Assembly: GCA_963708955.1 (NCBI GenBank)
Contig: CAVPWJ010000182.1
Location: 10,684 to 74,683, forward strand
Source of the DNA: an uncultured delta proteobacterium
GTDB taxonomy: Bacteria > Desulfobacterota > Binatia > JACPRU01
Length of the DNA stretch: 64,000 nt
Reading direction: 5' to 3'
The first letter of the stretch is position 1. Every line of letters starts with the position of its first letter. A program made the position numbers and the translations under genes. Below, in pieces: positions 37,484 to 46,663 of this stretch. The notes beneath the pieces are model-generated. The model was not told the DNA's origin, ran no database searches, and was given only the letters and a program-made list of their open reading frames with translations.

Positions 37484-37893
37484 GATCGCTCGATCGTAGC
37501 CATGCGGCGCGGCCGACGCAACACTCGGCGGGGGGGCCGGGGCCCGCCCGCGGCATCCAAGTCGATCGAGTGCAGGCGTAATCGTGGATGATCCCAGTCG
37601 CGATCCCCCCGGCGAACGACATCACTCCCGAGCCGCTCCATCTCCGGCGGCGCGGGCTCGTCCGCAATGCCGTGCTGTTCGCGGCGACGAGCGCCCACGC
37701 CGCGCGCGTTGACCACCGCCACCTCTTCCGATACTGCGCCCTTCGTGAGCGCAAGGGCCGGAGCCGCGACCGAGCTCGGATATCCGTCGCGGGCGGCATC
37801 GGTCGCCGGTCTGCCGACGCCGCTCGGGGATGCGCCGCCAGCGCTCGAGATCCAACTCGGCGACACCGCCACCGTGCGCTTGCGCACCCGTCG

Positions 37894-40239
37894 ATGAGCC
37901 CGCTTGCCCTAATCCTCGCAGCGCCCTTTGTGGCGGCTCTCGTCAGCGTCCTCTTCGGCCGCGCGCTCGGTCGCTGGTCCGGCCTCCTGATGATCGCCGC
38001 CGCCGCGATTTCGTTCGGCGGGTTGCTCGCTCTCGCCGGAGCGCCGAATGTCGTGCTGCTCGATCACGACTGGATACCCTCGCTCGGCGTGAGCTTCCGT
38101 CTGCGGGCCGACGCCTTCGGAACGTTCTTTGCCCTGCTCATCTCGGGCATCGGCGCCCTCGTCGGCGTCTATTCCCTGCGCTACATTCCGAAGGATCTCG
38201 CAAAGCCGCGCCTCGCCCGCTACTACGGCGCGCTCTCGGCCTTCATGGGCGCGATGCTCGGCATCGCCCTCGCCGATGACCTGATCCTTCTTTTCGTCTT
38301 CTGGGAGATCACGAGCATCACCTCGTTCCTGCTGATCGGGTTCTGGTACGAGGAGGAAATTCCGCGGCAGGGCGCGCTCACGGCCCTCCTCGTGACGGCG
38401 ATGGGAGGCCTCTCGATGATGGCGGGCTTCGTGCTCGTCGGCCTCGCAACGGGGACGTTCGCCGTGAGCGAGATCGTGGCGAGCGAGGCGCGGCTAGCGG
38501 CGCTCGCCGCTTCGCCGGCATTCGTGCCGGCCATGCTCCTCGTTCTGGTCGGTGCCTTCACGAAGTCCGCGCAGGTCCCGTTCCACTTCTGGCTGCCCGG
38601 CGCGATGGTCGCGCCGACGCCGGTCTCGACCTACCTGCACGCGGCCACGATGGTGAAGGCCGGCCTCTTCCTCCTCGGCCGCATGACGCCGCTGTTCGCG
38701 GCGTCGCTCGCCTGGCCGCTGCTGGTCGCGCCCATCGGCCTCGCGACGTTGTTCGTCGGGGCGTGGCAGTCCTTTCGCGAGAGCGACCTGAAGGCGCTGC
38801 TCGCCTACGCCACGGTCTCGACGCTCGGCCTGGTGACCTTGACGTACGGCCTCCGCGCCCCCGAGCAGGACGCGCTGCAGATCCTCTCCCACGCGACCTA
38901 CAAGGGGACGCTCTTCCTCGTTGCCGGGATCGTCGAGCACGCCACCGGCACGAAAGACCTCCGGCACCTCGGCGGGCTCCGCAAGACGCTGCCGATCACC
39001 TTCGTGCTTTGCGTCGTTGGTGTCCTCTCGCTGGGCGGCATTCCGCCGCTCTTCGGATTTGCCGCGAAGGAGGCGCTCTACGCCACGCTCCTCGAGAGCC
39101 CGATACTGGCGTCGCAGCCGCTCCTCCGCGGGCTCGTCGTCGCTCTGGTCGTCACCGCGAACGCTTTTCTGCTCGCGAGCGGACTCAAGTTCCTCCTCGG
39201 CGCGTTCTTCGGCGCCGAGCCGGCCGAGCGGCACCACGGGCCGCACCCAGCGCACGAGGGGCACGGCGAGAGTGTAATCCTCTGGTTCCCGCCTGCCATC
39301 CTCGTGCTCGGCACCGTGGCTCTCGGGCTTCTCGCCGCGACGGGCGTGACCCAGGCGCTGGTGAGCGGCTTCTCTTCGGATCCCCACGCGCACCTCCACG
39401 TCTCGCTCTTCCCGGCGCATCCGGGACCGCTGCTGCTGTCCCTCGTCACGATCGCGCTCGGTGTCGTCCTCTACCGGCAGCGAGCGCTCGTCGGCGCGCT
39501 GCAGGACGGCTTCGACCGGCTGCCGCCCATGCAGGAAGCGTGGGACGGGCTCGTCGAGCGCGTCACCCGCTTTGCCGAATTCTACAGCTCGCGATGGCAG
39601 AGCGGATCGCTCCGTTGGTACTTCTCCGCGGTGCTCGTCTTCTCGGCGGCGATCGGCCTCTTCGCCCTCGAGAGCGGGGGCCTATCGATCCAGAGCGCGT
39701 CCGTCGGGTTGCAGAACCTCACCTGGTCGGGCCTCGGCCTCGCCGGCCTGATGATCTTCGCGACCATCGCCGTCGTCCGCTCCGATACGCGTCTCGGCGC
39801 CGCGCTCGCGCTGACCTCGAGCGGCTTCCTGGTCGCGCTCATGTACGCGATCTACCGCTCGCCCGACATCCTGCTCACCCAGATCCTGATCGAGACGGTC
39901 TCGACGATCTTCATCTTGCTCGTCCTCTATTTCATGCCGCCCTTTCGGAAGGACGGACTCTCGCCCGCCCAGACCGCGTGGAACGCGGCGGTCGCGGCTT
40001 TCTTCGGCCTCGCCATGTTCGTGTTCGTGATCCTCTGCGCGAGCCCCGGCTTTCGCGAGACGAACAGCATCGCGCGGGACTACCTCACGCGGAGTCTCGC
40101 CGAGGCCGGCGGACGGAACGCCGTGAACGTCATCATCGTCGACTTCCGCGCCATGGACACCCAGGGCGAGATCACCGTGCTCGTGGTCGTCGGTCTCTGC
40201 GTCTACGGACTCCTGCGGGCGCGCCGAACGGAAGCCTGA
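37894..40239 (+). CDS. mrpA: Na+/H+ antiporter subunit A (MrpA/MnhA, with a fused MrpB-like C-terminal domain)
   Basis: The 781-aa NuoL-like membrane subunit has conserved blocks WLPGAMVAPTPVSTYLHAATMVKAG. The C-terminal 150 aa is MnhB-like. Confidence 0.9.
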   Translation: MSPLALILAAPFVAALVSVLFGRALGRWSGLLMIAAAAISFGGLLALAGAPNVVLLDHDWIPSLGVSFRLRADAFGTFFALLISGIGALVGVYSLRYIPKDLAKPRLARYYGALSAFMGAMLGIALADDLILLFVFWEITSITSFLLIGFWYEEEIPRQGALTALLVTAMGGLSMMAGFVLVGLATGTFAVSEIVASEARLAALAASPAFVPAMLLVLVGAFTKSAQVPFHFWLPGAMVAPTPVSTYLHAATMVKAGLFLLGRMTPLFAASLAWPLLVAPIGLATLFVGAWQSFRESDLKALLAYATVSTLGLVTLTYGLRAPEQDALQILSHATYKGTLFLVAGIVEHATGTKDLRHLGGLRKTLPITFVLCVVGVLSLGGIPPLFGFAAKEALYATLLESPILASQPLLRGLVVALVVTANAFLLASGLKFLLGAFFGAEPAERHHGPHPAHEGHGESVILWFPPAILVLGTVALGLLAATGVTQALVSGFSSDPHAHLHVSLFPAHPGPLLLSLVTIALGVVLYRQRALVGALQDGFDRLPPMQEAWDGLVERVTRFAEFYSSRWQSGSLRWYFSAVLVFSAAIGLFALESGGLSIQSASVGLQNLTWSGLGLAGLMIFATIAVVRSDTRLGAALALTSSGFLVALMYAIYRSPDILLTQILIETVSTIFILLVLYFMPPFRKDGLSPAQTAWNAAVAAFFGLAMFVFVILCASPGFRETNSIARDYLTRSLAEAGGRNAVNVIIVDFRAMDTQGEITVLVVVGLCVYGLLRARRTEA

Positions 40240-40652
40240 TGCACGAGTCGCCGATTCTCCGCACGGTCGCGCGCTTCGCGGTGCCGCTCACGGTGTTCGT
40301 CTCGTTCATCATCTTCCTCCAGGGCCACGACCTCCCGGGCGGCGGCTTCATCGCCGGCGTGCTGGCCGCGGCGGCGGGAGCCATGTACCTGCTCGCCTTC
40401 GGCATCGACCGCGCTGCGCGCTTCCCTTGGTGGCGGATGTCGGTTCTCGGCCTCCTCTGCTCGCTCTCGACCGGCACGGTGCCGCTCCTCCGCGGCTCGA
40501 CGTTCATGGACCACACGATCCTCGACTTCCGCCTGCCGCTCCTCGGCCACGTGCACCTGCCGAGCGCTACGTTCTTCGACCTCGGCGTCTACTTCATCGT
40601 GCTCGGGACCCTGATGACGGTGTTCGTCGAGCTCGGGCTGGAGGAGCACTGA
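40239..40652 (+). CDS. mrpB: Na+/H+ antiporter subunit B (MrpB/MnhB)
   Basis: The 137-aa product carries the HDLPGGGFIAGV motif. The ATG overlaps the mrpA stop (ATGA). Confidence 0.8.
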   Translation: MHESPILRTVARFAVPLTVFVSFIIFLQGHDLPGGGFIAGVLAAAAGAMYLLAFGIDRAARFPWWRMSVLGLLCSLSTGTVPLLRGSTFMDHTILDFRLPLLGHVHLPSATFFDLGVYFIVLGTLMTVFVELGLEEH

Positions 40653-40990
40653 TGGAGCTGGTGATGGCGATCGTGGTCGGGGCCATGTTCGCGGGCGGGA
40701 CCTACATGATCCTGCGGCCGAGCCTCATCCGGATCGTCATGGGCTTCGGTCTCTACTCGAACGCCGCAAACCTGCTCCTCATCGCCTGCGGGGGCTACTC
40801 CCCGGACTGGCAGTCGCCCTTTGTCGGCGGCGGCGGGAAGCTCATGGATCCCTTGCCGCCCGACATCATCCTGACCGCGATCGTGATCAGCTTCGCGGTC
40901 GGCGCACTCCTTCTCACGGTCTGCTACCGCGTGTACATGGATCACGGCACGGACGATCCCGAGGAGCTGCCGCCGGACGGCCTAGCGTGA
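40652..40990 (+). CDS. mrpC: Na+/H+ antiporter subunit C (MrpC/MnhC, NuoK-like)
   Basis: The 112-aa three-TM protein has the N-terminus MELVMAIVVGAMFAGGTYMIL. The ATGA overlaps the mrpB stop. Confidence 0.85.
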   Translation: MELVMAIVVGAMFAGGTYMILRPSLIRIVMGFGLYSNAANLLLIACGGYSPDWQSPFVGGGGKLMDPLPPDIILTAIVISFAVGALLLTVCYRVYMDHGTDDPEELPPDGLA

Positions 40991-42534
40991 ACCGCGTCCT
41001 CATACTCCCCGTGCTCGTGCCGTTCCTGACGGCTGTCGCGCTCGCGCTCTTGAACGGCCGCCCGCGCGTGGAGCGCGCGCTGAATCTGGTCTCGTGCCTC
41101 GGCCAGACCGCGTTCGCCTTCTGGCTCCTCTGCCGTGTGGACGAGGGCGGCATCCGGGCCATGGTCGTAGGCGGATGGCAGGCGCCCTGGGGCATCGCGT
41201 TCGTCGCGGACCGCCTGGCCTGCATCATGCTCTGCCTGTCGACGTCGGTCGGGACGGTCGTCCTCGTCTACACGTTTTTCACCGTCGAGCCTCGGCAGGA
41301 GCGCTACTTCTTCCATCCACTCTTCCAGGTCCTGCTGCTCGGCGTGAACTGGTCGTTCATCACCGGCGACCTCTTCAACCTGTTCGTCGCCTACGAGGTC
41401 ATGCTGATCGGGTCGTACGGCGTGATGATGGTCGGCGCCACGAAGCAGCAGGTGCGTCAGACCATGAAGTACATCGCCATCAACGTGATTGGCTCGACGC
41501 TGTTCGTGGTCAGTTGCGGCTTCGTCTACGCCACGCTCGGCACGCTCAACATGGCGGACATCGCCGTGCGTTCTGCGGAGCTCGAGGGCGCCCGCGCCGC
41601 GCTCGTGACCGCGGTCTCGATGTTGCTCATGGTCGTATTCGCGCTCAAGGCCGCGGCCTTCCCGCTCTTCTTTTGGCTGCCGGACTCCTACCCGATCGTC
41701 CCAGCGGGCGTGAACGGATACTTTGCCGGGCTCCTCACCAAGGTGGGTGTCTACTCGCTGCTCCGGGTCTTCGTCCTGTGCTTCCGCCAGCCCGGCGCCG
41801 AGCTGGTCCTCGAGGTGCTCCTCATCCTGTCGGGATTCACCATGCTCCTCGGCGTCCTGGGAGCGATGTGCCAATGGGAAGTCCGGAAGATCCTCTCGTG
41901 GCACATCATCAGCCAGGTAGGCTACATGGTCATGGGCATCGGCCTGGCCGCCGGCGGAGCGGACGTGGCGGAGATGGCGGTCGCGGGGACCATCTTCTAC
42001 GTCGTGCACCACATCATCGTGAAATCGAGCCTGTTCCTGATCGGCGGTATCGCGGGCCGGGTCTGCGGCTCGCTGGATCTCGAGAAGATGGGCGGCGTCC
42101 TCGATGTCGCGCCGGGCGTGGCGGGACTCTTCCTCGTGGCCGCATTCTCCCTCGCCGGCATGCCGCCGTTCAGCGGGTTCCTCGCGAAGCTCGCGCTCGT
42201 GCGCGCCGGCCTCGCCGGCGGCCACGGGATCGTGGTGATGGTCTCGCTCGTGACGAGCCTCTTGACGCTCTACTCGATGAGTAAGATCTGGTCGTACGCG
42301 TTCTGGCGCGCGCCGGCGCGCTCCGCCGCCGCCGACGCCTACCGGGGCATGATGGTGCCGACGGCCGTGCTCGTCGCCTTCACCGTCCTCATGGGAGTCT
42401 GCGCCGAGCCCTTCTTTCGCCTCGCCGGCGACGCCGCGCGCGACCTCGTCGATCCGCGCGCCTACCAGGCGGCGGTGCTCGGGATGGGGCCGCTCTTGAC
42501 GGCGGCGCACCCGCCCGCGGAGACCCGGCCATGA
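40987..42534 (+). CDS. mrpD: Na+/H+ antiporter subunit D (MrpD/MnhD, NuoM/N-like)
   Basis: The 515-aa product carries the conserved proton-pump antiporter blocks (FFWLPDSYP, AAFSLAGMPPFSGF). Confidence 0.9.
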   Translation: MNRVLILPVLVPFLTAVALALLNGRPRVERALNLVSCLGQTAFAFWLLCRVDEGGIRAMVVGGWQAPWGIAFVADRLACIMLCLSTSVGTVVLVYTFFTVEPRQERYFFHPLFQVLLLGVNWSFITGDLFNLFVAYEVMLIGSYGVMMVGATKQQVRQTMKYIAINVIGSTLFVVSCGFVYATLGTLNMADIAVRSAELEGARAALVTAVSMLLMVVFALKAAAFPLFFWLPDSYPIVPAGVNGYFAGLLTKVGVYSLLRVFVLCFRQPGAELVLEVLLILSGFTMLLGVLGAMCQWEVRKILSWHIISQVGYMVMGIGLAAGGADVAEMAVAGTIFYVVHHIIVKSSLFLIGGIAGRVCGSLDLEKMGGVLDVAPGVAGLFLVAAFSLAGMPPFSGFLAKLALVRAGLAGGHGIVVMVSLVTSLLTLYSMSKIWSYAFWRAPARSAAADAYRGMMVPTAVLVAFTVLMGVCAEPFFRLAGDAARDLVDPRAYQAAVLGMGPLLTAAHPPAETRP

Positions 42535-42893
42535 TCCTCCGGCTCTGGTACTTTCTCCGCTACGGCTACATCTTCCTGAGGGCGCTCACACAGTCGACCG
42601 TGGACGTTACCAAGGTCGTCCTCCAGCCCGGCCTGCGCTTCCGGCCTGGCTTCCTCGCCCTCGACATGGACTGCGAGACCGACTTCGAGATCACCTGTCT
42701 GGCGAACTCGATCACGCTCACGCCGGGTACGATCTCGGTGCACGTCGAGCGCGAGGAACGCAAGATCATCATCCACGCCCTCAACGTGGGCGACGACCCC
42801 GACGCCGTGCGCCGCGACGTGAAGGAGACCCTCGAGGCGAACATTCTTAAGTGGACGCGGCCCGGAGGATGGCCGCCGCGGAAGTGCCCGTGA
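42531..42893 (+). CDS. mrpE: Na+/H+ antiporter subunit E (MrpE/MnhE)
   Basis: 120 aa, with the TLTPGTISVHVERE motif typical of MnhE. Confidence 0.7.
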   Translation: MILRLWYFLRYGYIFLRALTQSTVDVTKVVLQPGLRFRPGFLALDMDCETDFEITCLANSITLTPGTISVHVEREERKIIIHALNVGDDPDAVRRDVKETLEANILKWTRPGGWPPRKCP

Positions 42894-43165
42894 GCCCGTT
42901 CCTTTACGCCGTGTCGATCGTCTGCCTGGCGGCGCTCTTCGTCGGCGGAGCGCTCTGTCTCTACCGCGTGCTGATCGGCCCGAGCGCCGCGGATCGCGCG
43001 GTCGCGCTCGACACCTTGACGATGGTCTTCATCGGCATCATTTGCATCCTCTGCATGATTTGGGGCTCCGACCTCTACTTCGACGCCGTCTGGGTGCTGA
43101 CGCTCGTCGGATACCTCGGCTCGGTCGCGATCGCGCGCTACCTCGAGAAGGGGAAGATCTTCTGA
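42851..43165 (+). CDS. mrpF: Na+/H+ antiporter subunit F (MrpF/MnhF)
   Basis: A small three-TM protein that overlaps the mrpE 3' end. The alternative start is ATG 42869. Confidence 0.65.
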   Translation: MDAARRMAAAEVPVSPFLYAVSIVCLAALFVGGALCLYRVLIGPSAADRAVALDTLTMVFIGIICILCMIWGSDLYFDAVWVLTLVGYLGSVAIARYLEKGKIF

Positions 43166-43536
43166 TGCCGAGCTACCCGGAGTTCGTCGTCGCGGTGACG
43201 ATGGTGCTCGGCACGTTCCTCACCGTTGTCGCCTGCGTGGGCCTTCTCCGCTTCCCGGACGTCTTTTGCCGGATGCACGCGGCCGGCAAGGCCGGGACCC
43301 TCGGCGTCTCGCTGCTGATCATCGCGGCGATCGTGGACTTCGCCCCGCACGAGATCTCGGTACCGTTCCGCGGCGCGCTGGCGATCTTCTTCCAGTTCCT
43401 GACCACGCCGGCGGCGACGCATCTCCTGGCGCGGGCGAGCTACGTCTCGGACTACGCGCTGGACGAGCGCACCGCCGTCGACGAGTTGAAGGCCTTCCTG
43501 CCCTCGAGGCCACACGAGAGGTATGGGCACGAATAG
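43165..43536 (+). CDS. mrpG: Na+/H+ antiporter subunit G (MrpG/MnhG)
   Basis: The 123-aa product reads MPSYPEFVVAVTMVLGTFLTVVACVGLLRFPDVFCRMHAAGKAGTLG. The ATG overlaps the mrpF stop. Confidence 0.8.
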   Translation: MPSYPEFVVAVTMVLGTFLTVVACVGLLRFPDVFCRMHAAGKAGTLGVSLLIIAAIVDFAPHEISVPFRGALAIFFQFLTTPAATHLLARASYVSDYALDERTAVDELKAFLPSRPHERYGHE

Positions 43537-43593
43537 GCCATCGAGCAGACACTCGCGGCGGACCGCTGCGAGTGTCGCGATCATCGAGGAACG

Positions 43594-44769
43594 ATGACGG
43601 GCGGCGCGCTCGAATCCGTGCCGGAGGTGCGACCCGAGCCGGTCGGGAATCCCCGTGACCAGGCCGAGCTCGTCGCCTTGGCGCGACGCCAAGGCTTCCT
43701 CGGCCTCGCGGTCGCGGCGGCGGAGGAAGACGCGCAGGCGCGGGCGATCACCCTGGAGCGGCTGCGCCGCGGCTCGTTCTCGGGCCTCGCCTGGTTCGAC
43801 GAGGCGCGCGTGCTGCGTGCCACCGACCCGCGCCGCACGCTTCCCGGTGCGCGATCGGTCGTGCTGCTCGCGGCTTCGTACCGTACCGCGGCGCCGGCGC
43901 TGCGGCCTGGCCGGCTGCGCGGTCGGATCGCTCGCTACGCCTGGGGCCGAGACTACCACCGCGTGCTCGAGAGCCGCGCCCGTCCGCTGCTCGGCTGGAT
44001 CGCCGAGCACGTTCCGGGATCGCGGAGCCGCCTGATGGTCGACCATGGTCCGCTCGCCGAGCGTGCCTACGCGCGTGCGGCCGGGCTCGGCTGGCAGGGC
44101 AAGAACACCATGCTGCTCACGCGGGGCGTGGGCTCGTACACGTTCCTCGCGGCGATCCTCACCACCGCGTGCTTCGAGCCCGATCCGCCGGCGCCACAGA
44201 GCTGCGGCGCCTGCAGTCGCTGCCTGCCGGCCTGTCCGACGGGGGCGCTCGGCGCCGAGTACGAGCTGGTGAACGACCTCTGCATCGCGTACCACACGAT
44301 CGAGAATCGCGGCCCGATTCCGCGGAATTTGCGCTCGCGGATCGGCGACTGGGTGTTCGGCTGCGATCTCTGCCAGGAGGCCTGCCCGGTGAACGAGCCC
44401 GCGCGCGGCGAAGGCCTCCCGGAGTTCGCCGCTGCCGACGCGGACGCCGCCTTTCCCGACCTCGTCGAGCTGCTCGCGGTCGGTGAGGCGGAGTTCCGCG
44501 CCCGCTTCGCGGGCCGGCCGATCCTGCGCGCGAAGTACGCGGGATTCTTGCGCAACGTTTGTGTGGCGCTCGGCAACGTCGGCGGCCCGAGCGCGGTCGG
44601 GCCGCTCGCCCGCGCGCTCGACCATGACGAGCCGCTGGTGCGCGGGCATGCCGCGTGGGCGCTCGGCCGGCTCGGCGCAATCGCCGCGCTGAGTGTCCGG
44701 CGCGCGCGAGAGGCGGATCCGTGGGTGCGGCAGGAGATCGACCAAGCGCTGGAGGAGGCTGGTGGCTGA
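43594..44769 (+). CDS. queG: Epoxyqueuosine reductase QueG
   Basis: Ferredoxin-type clusters CGACSRCLPACPTGAL and CDLCQEACPVN, the cobalamin-binding region and C-terminal HEAT-like repeats (EPLVRGHAAWALGRLG) are present. Confidence 0.85.
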   Translation: MTGGALESVPEVRPEPVGNPRDQAELVALARRQGFLGLAVAAAEEDAQARAITLERLRRGSFSGLAWFDEARVLRATDPRRTLPGARSVVLLAASYRTAAPALRPGRLRGRIARYAWGRDYHRVLESRARPLLGWIAEHVPGSRSRLMVDHGPLAERAYARAAGLGWQGKNTMLLTRGVGSYTFLAAILTTACFEPDPPAPQSCGACSRCLPACPTGALGAEYELVNDLCIAYHTIENRGPIPRNLRSRIGDWVFGCDLCQEACPVNEPARGEGLPEFAAADADAAFPDLVELLAVGEAEFRARFAGRPILRAKYAGFLRNVCVALGNVGGPSAVGPLARALDHDEPLVRGHAAWALGRLGAIAALSVRRAREADPWVRQEIDQALEEAGG

Positions 44770-45520
44770 GCGGCGGTTTGCGGCGGTGGTGCTCGATCTC
44801 TTCGACACGCTGGTGCGCTGGAGCCCGCAGCGCCTGCCCGAGATGGAGATCGGCGGGAGGCGAGTGCACACCACGATTCCGTGGCTGATCCCGGCGCTCG
44901 AGAGCGGCCTGGGCGACGGGTTTCGCGTCGAGGCGTTCGTGGAAGCGTACGGGAAGGTCCTCTCCGAGGTCGACGCCGAGCGCCGCGCTGCCGCGATCGA
45001 GATCACCTGTACGGAGCGCTTCCGCCGCACGCTCGAGCGGCTGCGGCCGGCGGCGGCGAGCATCGCCGCGCTGGCGGAGGAGTTGACGCGCACGCACATG
45101 GCGGCGGTGCGCTCGGTGACGGCGGCGCCGCCGGGATACGCGGCCGTGGTGTCGCGGCTCGCCCGACTCTATCGCCTCGGATTGCTCTCCAACTTCGACG
45201 ATGCGCGCACCGGACGAGAGATCCTCGCCGACACCGGCGTTTCGAACCATTTCGAGATCGTGATGATCTCGGCCGAGGTTCGGCTGCGAAAGCCCCATCC
45301 GGAAATCTTCGCGAGCTTGCTCCGCCGCCTCGATCTCGAGCCCGCCGACGTCCTGTTCGTCGGCGACACGCCGCGCGAGGACGTGGCCGGCGCCCGGGCG
45401 GCGGGCATTCCGGTGGCTTGGTTGTCGGACAACAAGGGAGAGTTTCCCCCCGACGTGGAGCCGCCCGACTTCACGATCGGCAACCTGACCGAGCTTCCCG
45501 CGCTGCTCGGCGTCGAGTGA
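44762..45520 (+). CDS. HAD-family hydrolase
   Basis: GTG start overlapping the queG stop. Motif I is VVLDLFDTL, motif II is SNFD, and motif IV is FVGDTPREDV. Confidence 0.75.
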   Translation: MAERRFAAVVLDLFDTLVRWSPQRLPEMEIGGRRVHTTIPWLIPALESGLGDGFRVEAFVEAYGKVLSEVDAERRAAAIEITCTERFRRTLERLRPAAASIAALAEELTRTHMAAVRSVTAAPPGYAAVVSRLARLYRLGLLSNFDDARTGREILADTGVSNHFEIVMISAEVRLRKPHPEIFASLLRRLDLEPADVLFVGDTPREDVAGARAAGIPVAWLSDNKGEFPPDVEPPDFTIGNLTELPALLGVE

Positions 45521-45685
45521 GCGCCCCCGGGCAGACCGACACGCGCTCGTCGTCGGCGCGGGTGTCGCCGGGCTCTGCGCTGGGCCGCTCAGCGCGGCCT
45601 CGCAGCCGCAACCAAACGACGGTTGCCCGCCGAGTCCTCGGATCTCGGATTTTCGTGTGAAACGCCGAAATTCTGCCGTGCTGGA

Positions 45686-46627
45686 TCAGAGCGAGCGCAG
45701 GAACCCGATCAGCGCCGCAGTCACTTCCGCGGGCCGTTCCTGCTGGGTCCAGTGGCCGCAGCCGGAAATCAACCGGAGGTCCCGGAGGTTGGGAACCGCC
45801 GGACGCATCGCGTCCGGCGGGATCATCGCCAGCACGGCGTCGCGCTCGCCGGCGATGAACAGCGCCGGTTGCTCGATCCGGCGGCCGGCGAGCTCCGCGG
45901 TGAGCTCCCAGTTGCGGTCGAGATTGCGGTACCAGTTGAGGCCGCCGCGAAACCCCGTGCGGCGAAACTCGCCCGTATAGTAGTCGAGATCCTCCTCGGT
46001 GAGCCAGCTCGGCAGGGTCTTCGGATCGGGCAGGCCGTCGAGGAATCTCGCAGTCGCCGGCTTCTGCCAGAAATCGAGCGGCTCGGTGACGTTGCCGGAA
46101 GCCGTATAGAGAAAGCGCCGCAGCGTCGAGCGTACGTCGGTTTCGAGCTCGTGCTCCGCCACGCCTGGCTCCTGGAAGTAGACGATGTAGAAGAATCGGT
46201 CTGCGGCCAACCGGCGCATGAGATCGAGCGGGCGAGCCGGCGCGCGGCCGACGTAGGGTACGGAGAGTGCGGCGACGGCGCGGAAGCGCTCGGGGCGGAG
46301 CAGCGCGCAGTGCCAGGCGACCGACGCGCCCCAGTCGTGACCGATGACGACGGCGCGCTCTTCGCCGAGCGCGTCGAGGATGCCAACGGCGTCGTCGACC
46401 AAGTGCAGGATGTCGTAGCTTTCGATCGCTGCCGGCGTGTCGCTGCCGCCGTAGCCGCGCTGGTCGGGGGCGACGACGCGAAACCCTGCCGCCGCCAGCG
46501 CGGGAATCTGGTGACGCCACGAGTACCAGGACTCCGGAAACCCGTGGAGCAGCAGCACGAGCGGCCCCGCGCCGGCTTCGGCGGTGCGTAGTCGAATGCC
46601 GTTCGACGTCACCAGGCGTAGTTTCAT
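45686..46627 (-). CDS. Alpha/beta hydrolase (epoxide-hydrolase/haloalkane-dehalogenase-like)
   Basis: HGFPESWYSWRHQ, the nucleophile elbow GHDWGA and the C-terminal GCGHWTQQE (catalytic His) are present. The product is 313 aa. Confidence 0.85.
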   Translation of the reverse strand: MKLRLVTSNGIRLRTAEAGAGPLVLLLHGFPESWYSWRHQIPALAAAGFRVVAPDQRGYGGSDTPAAIESYDILHLVDDAVGILDALGEERAVVIGHDWGASVAWHCALLRPERFRAVAALSVPYVGRAPARPLDLMRRLAADRFFYIVYFQEPGVAEHELETDVRSTLRRFLYTASGNVTEPLDFWQKPATARFLDGLPDPKTLPSWLTEEDLDYYTGEFRRTGFRGGLNWYRNLDRNWELTAELAGRRIEQPALFIAGERDAVLAMIPPDAMRPAVPNLRDLRLISGCGHWTQQERPAEVTAALIGFLRSL

Positions 46628-46663
46628 GCAGCGTCTCCCACTGCTATAAGACGCGGTCCCTGT

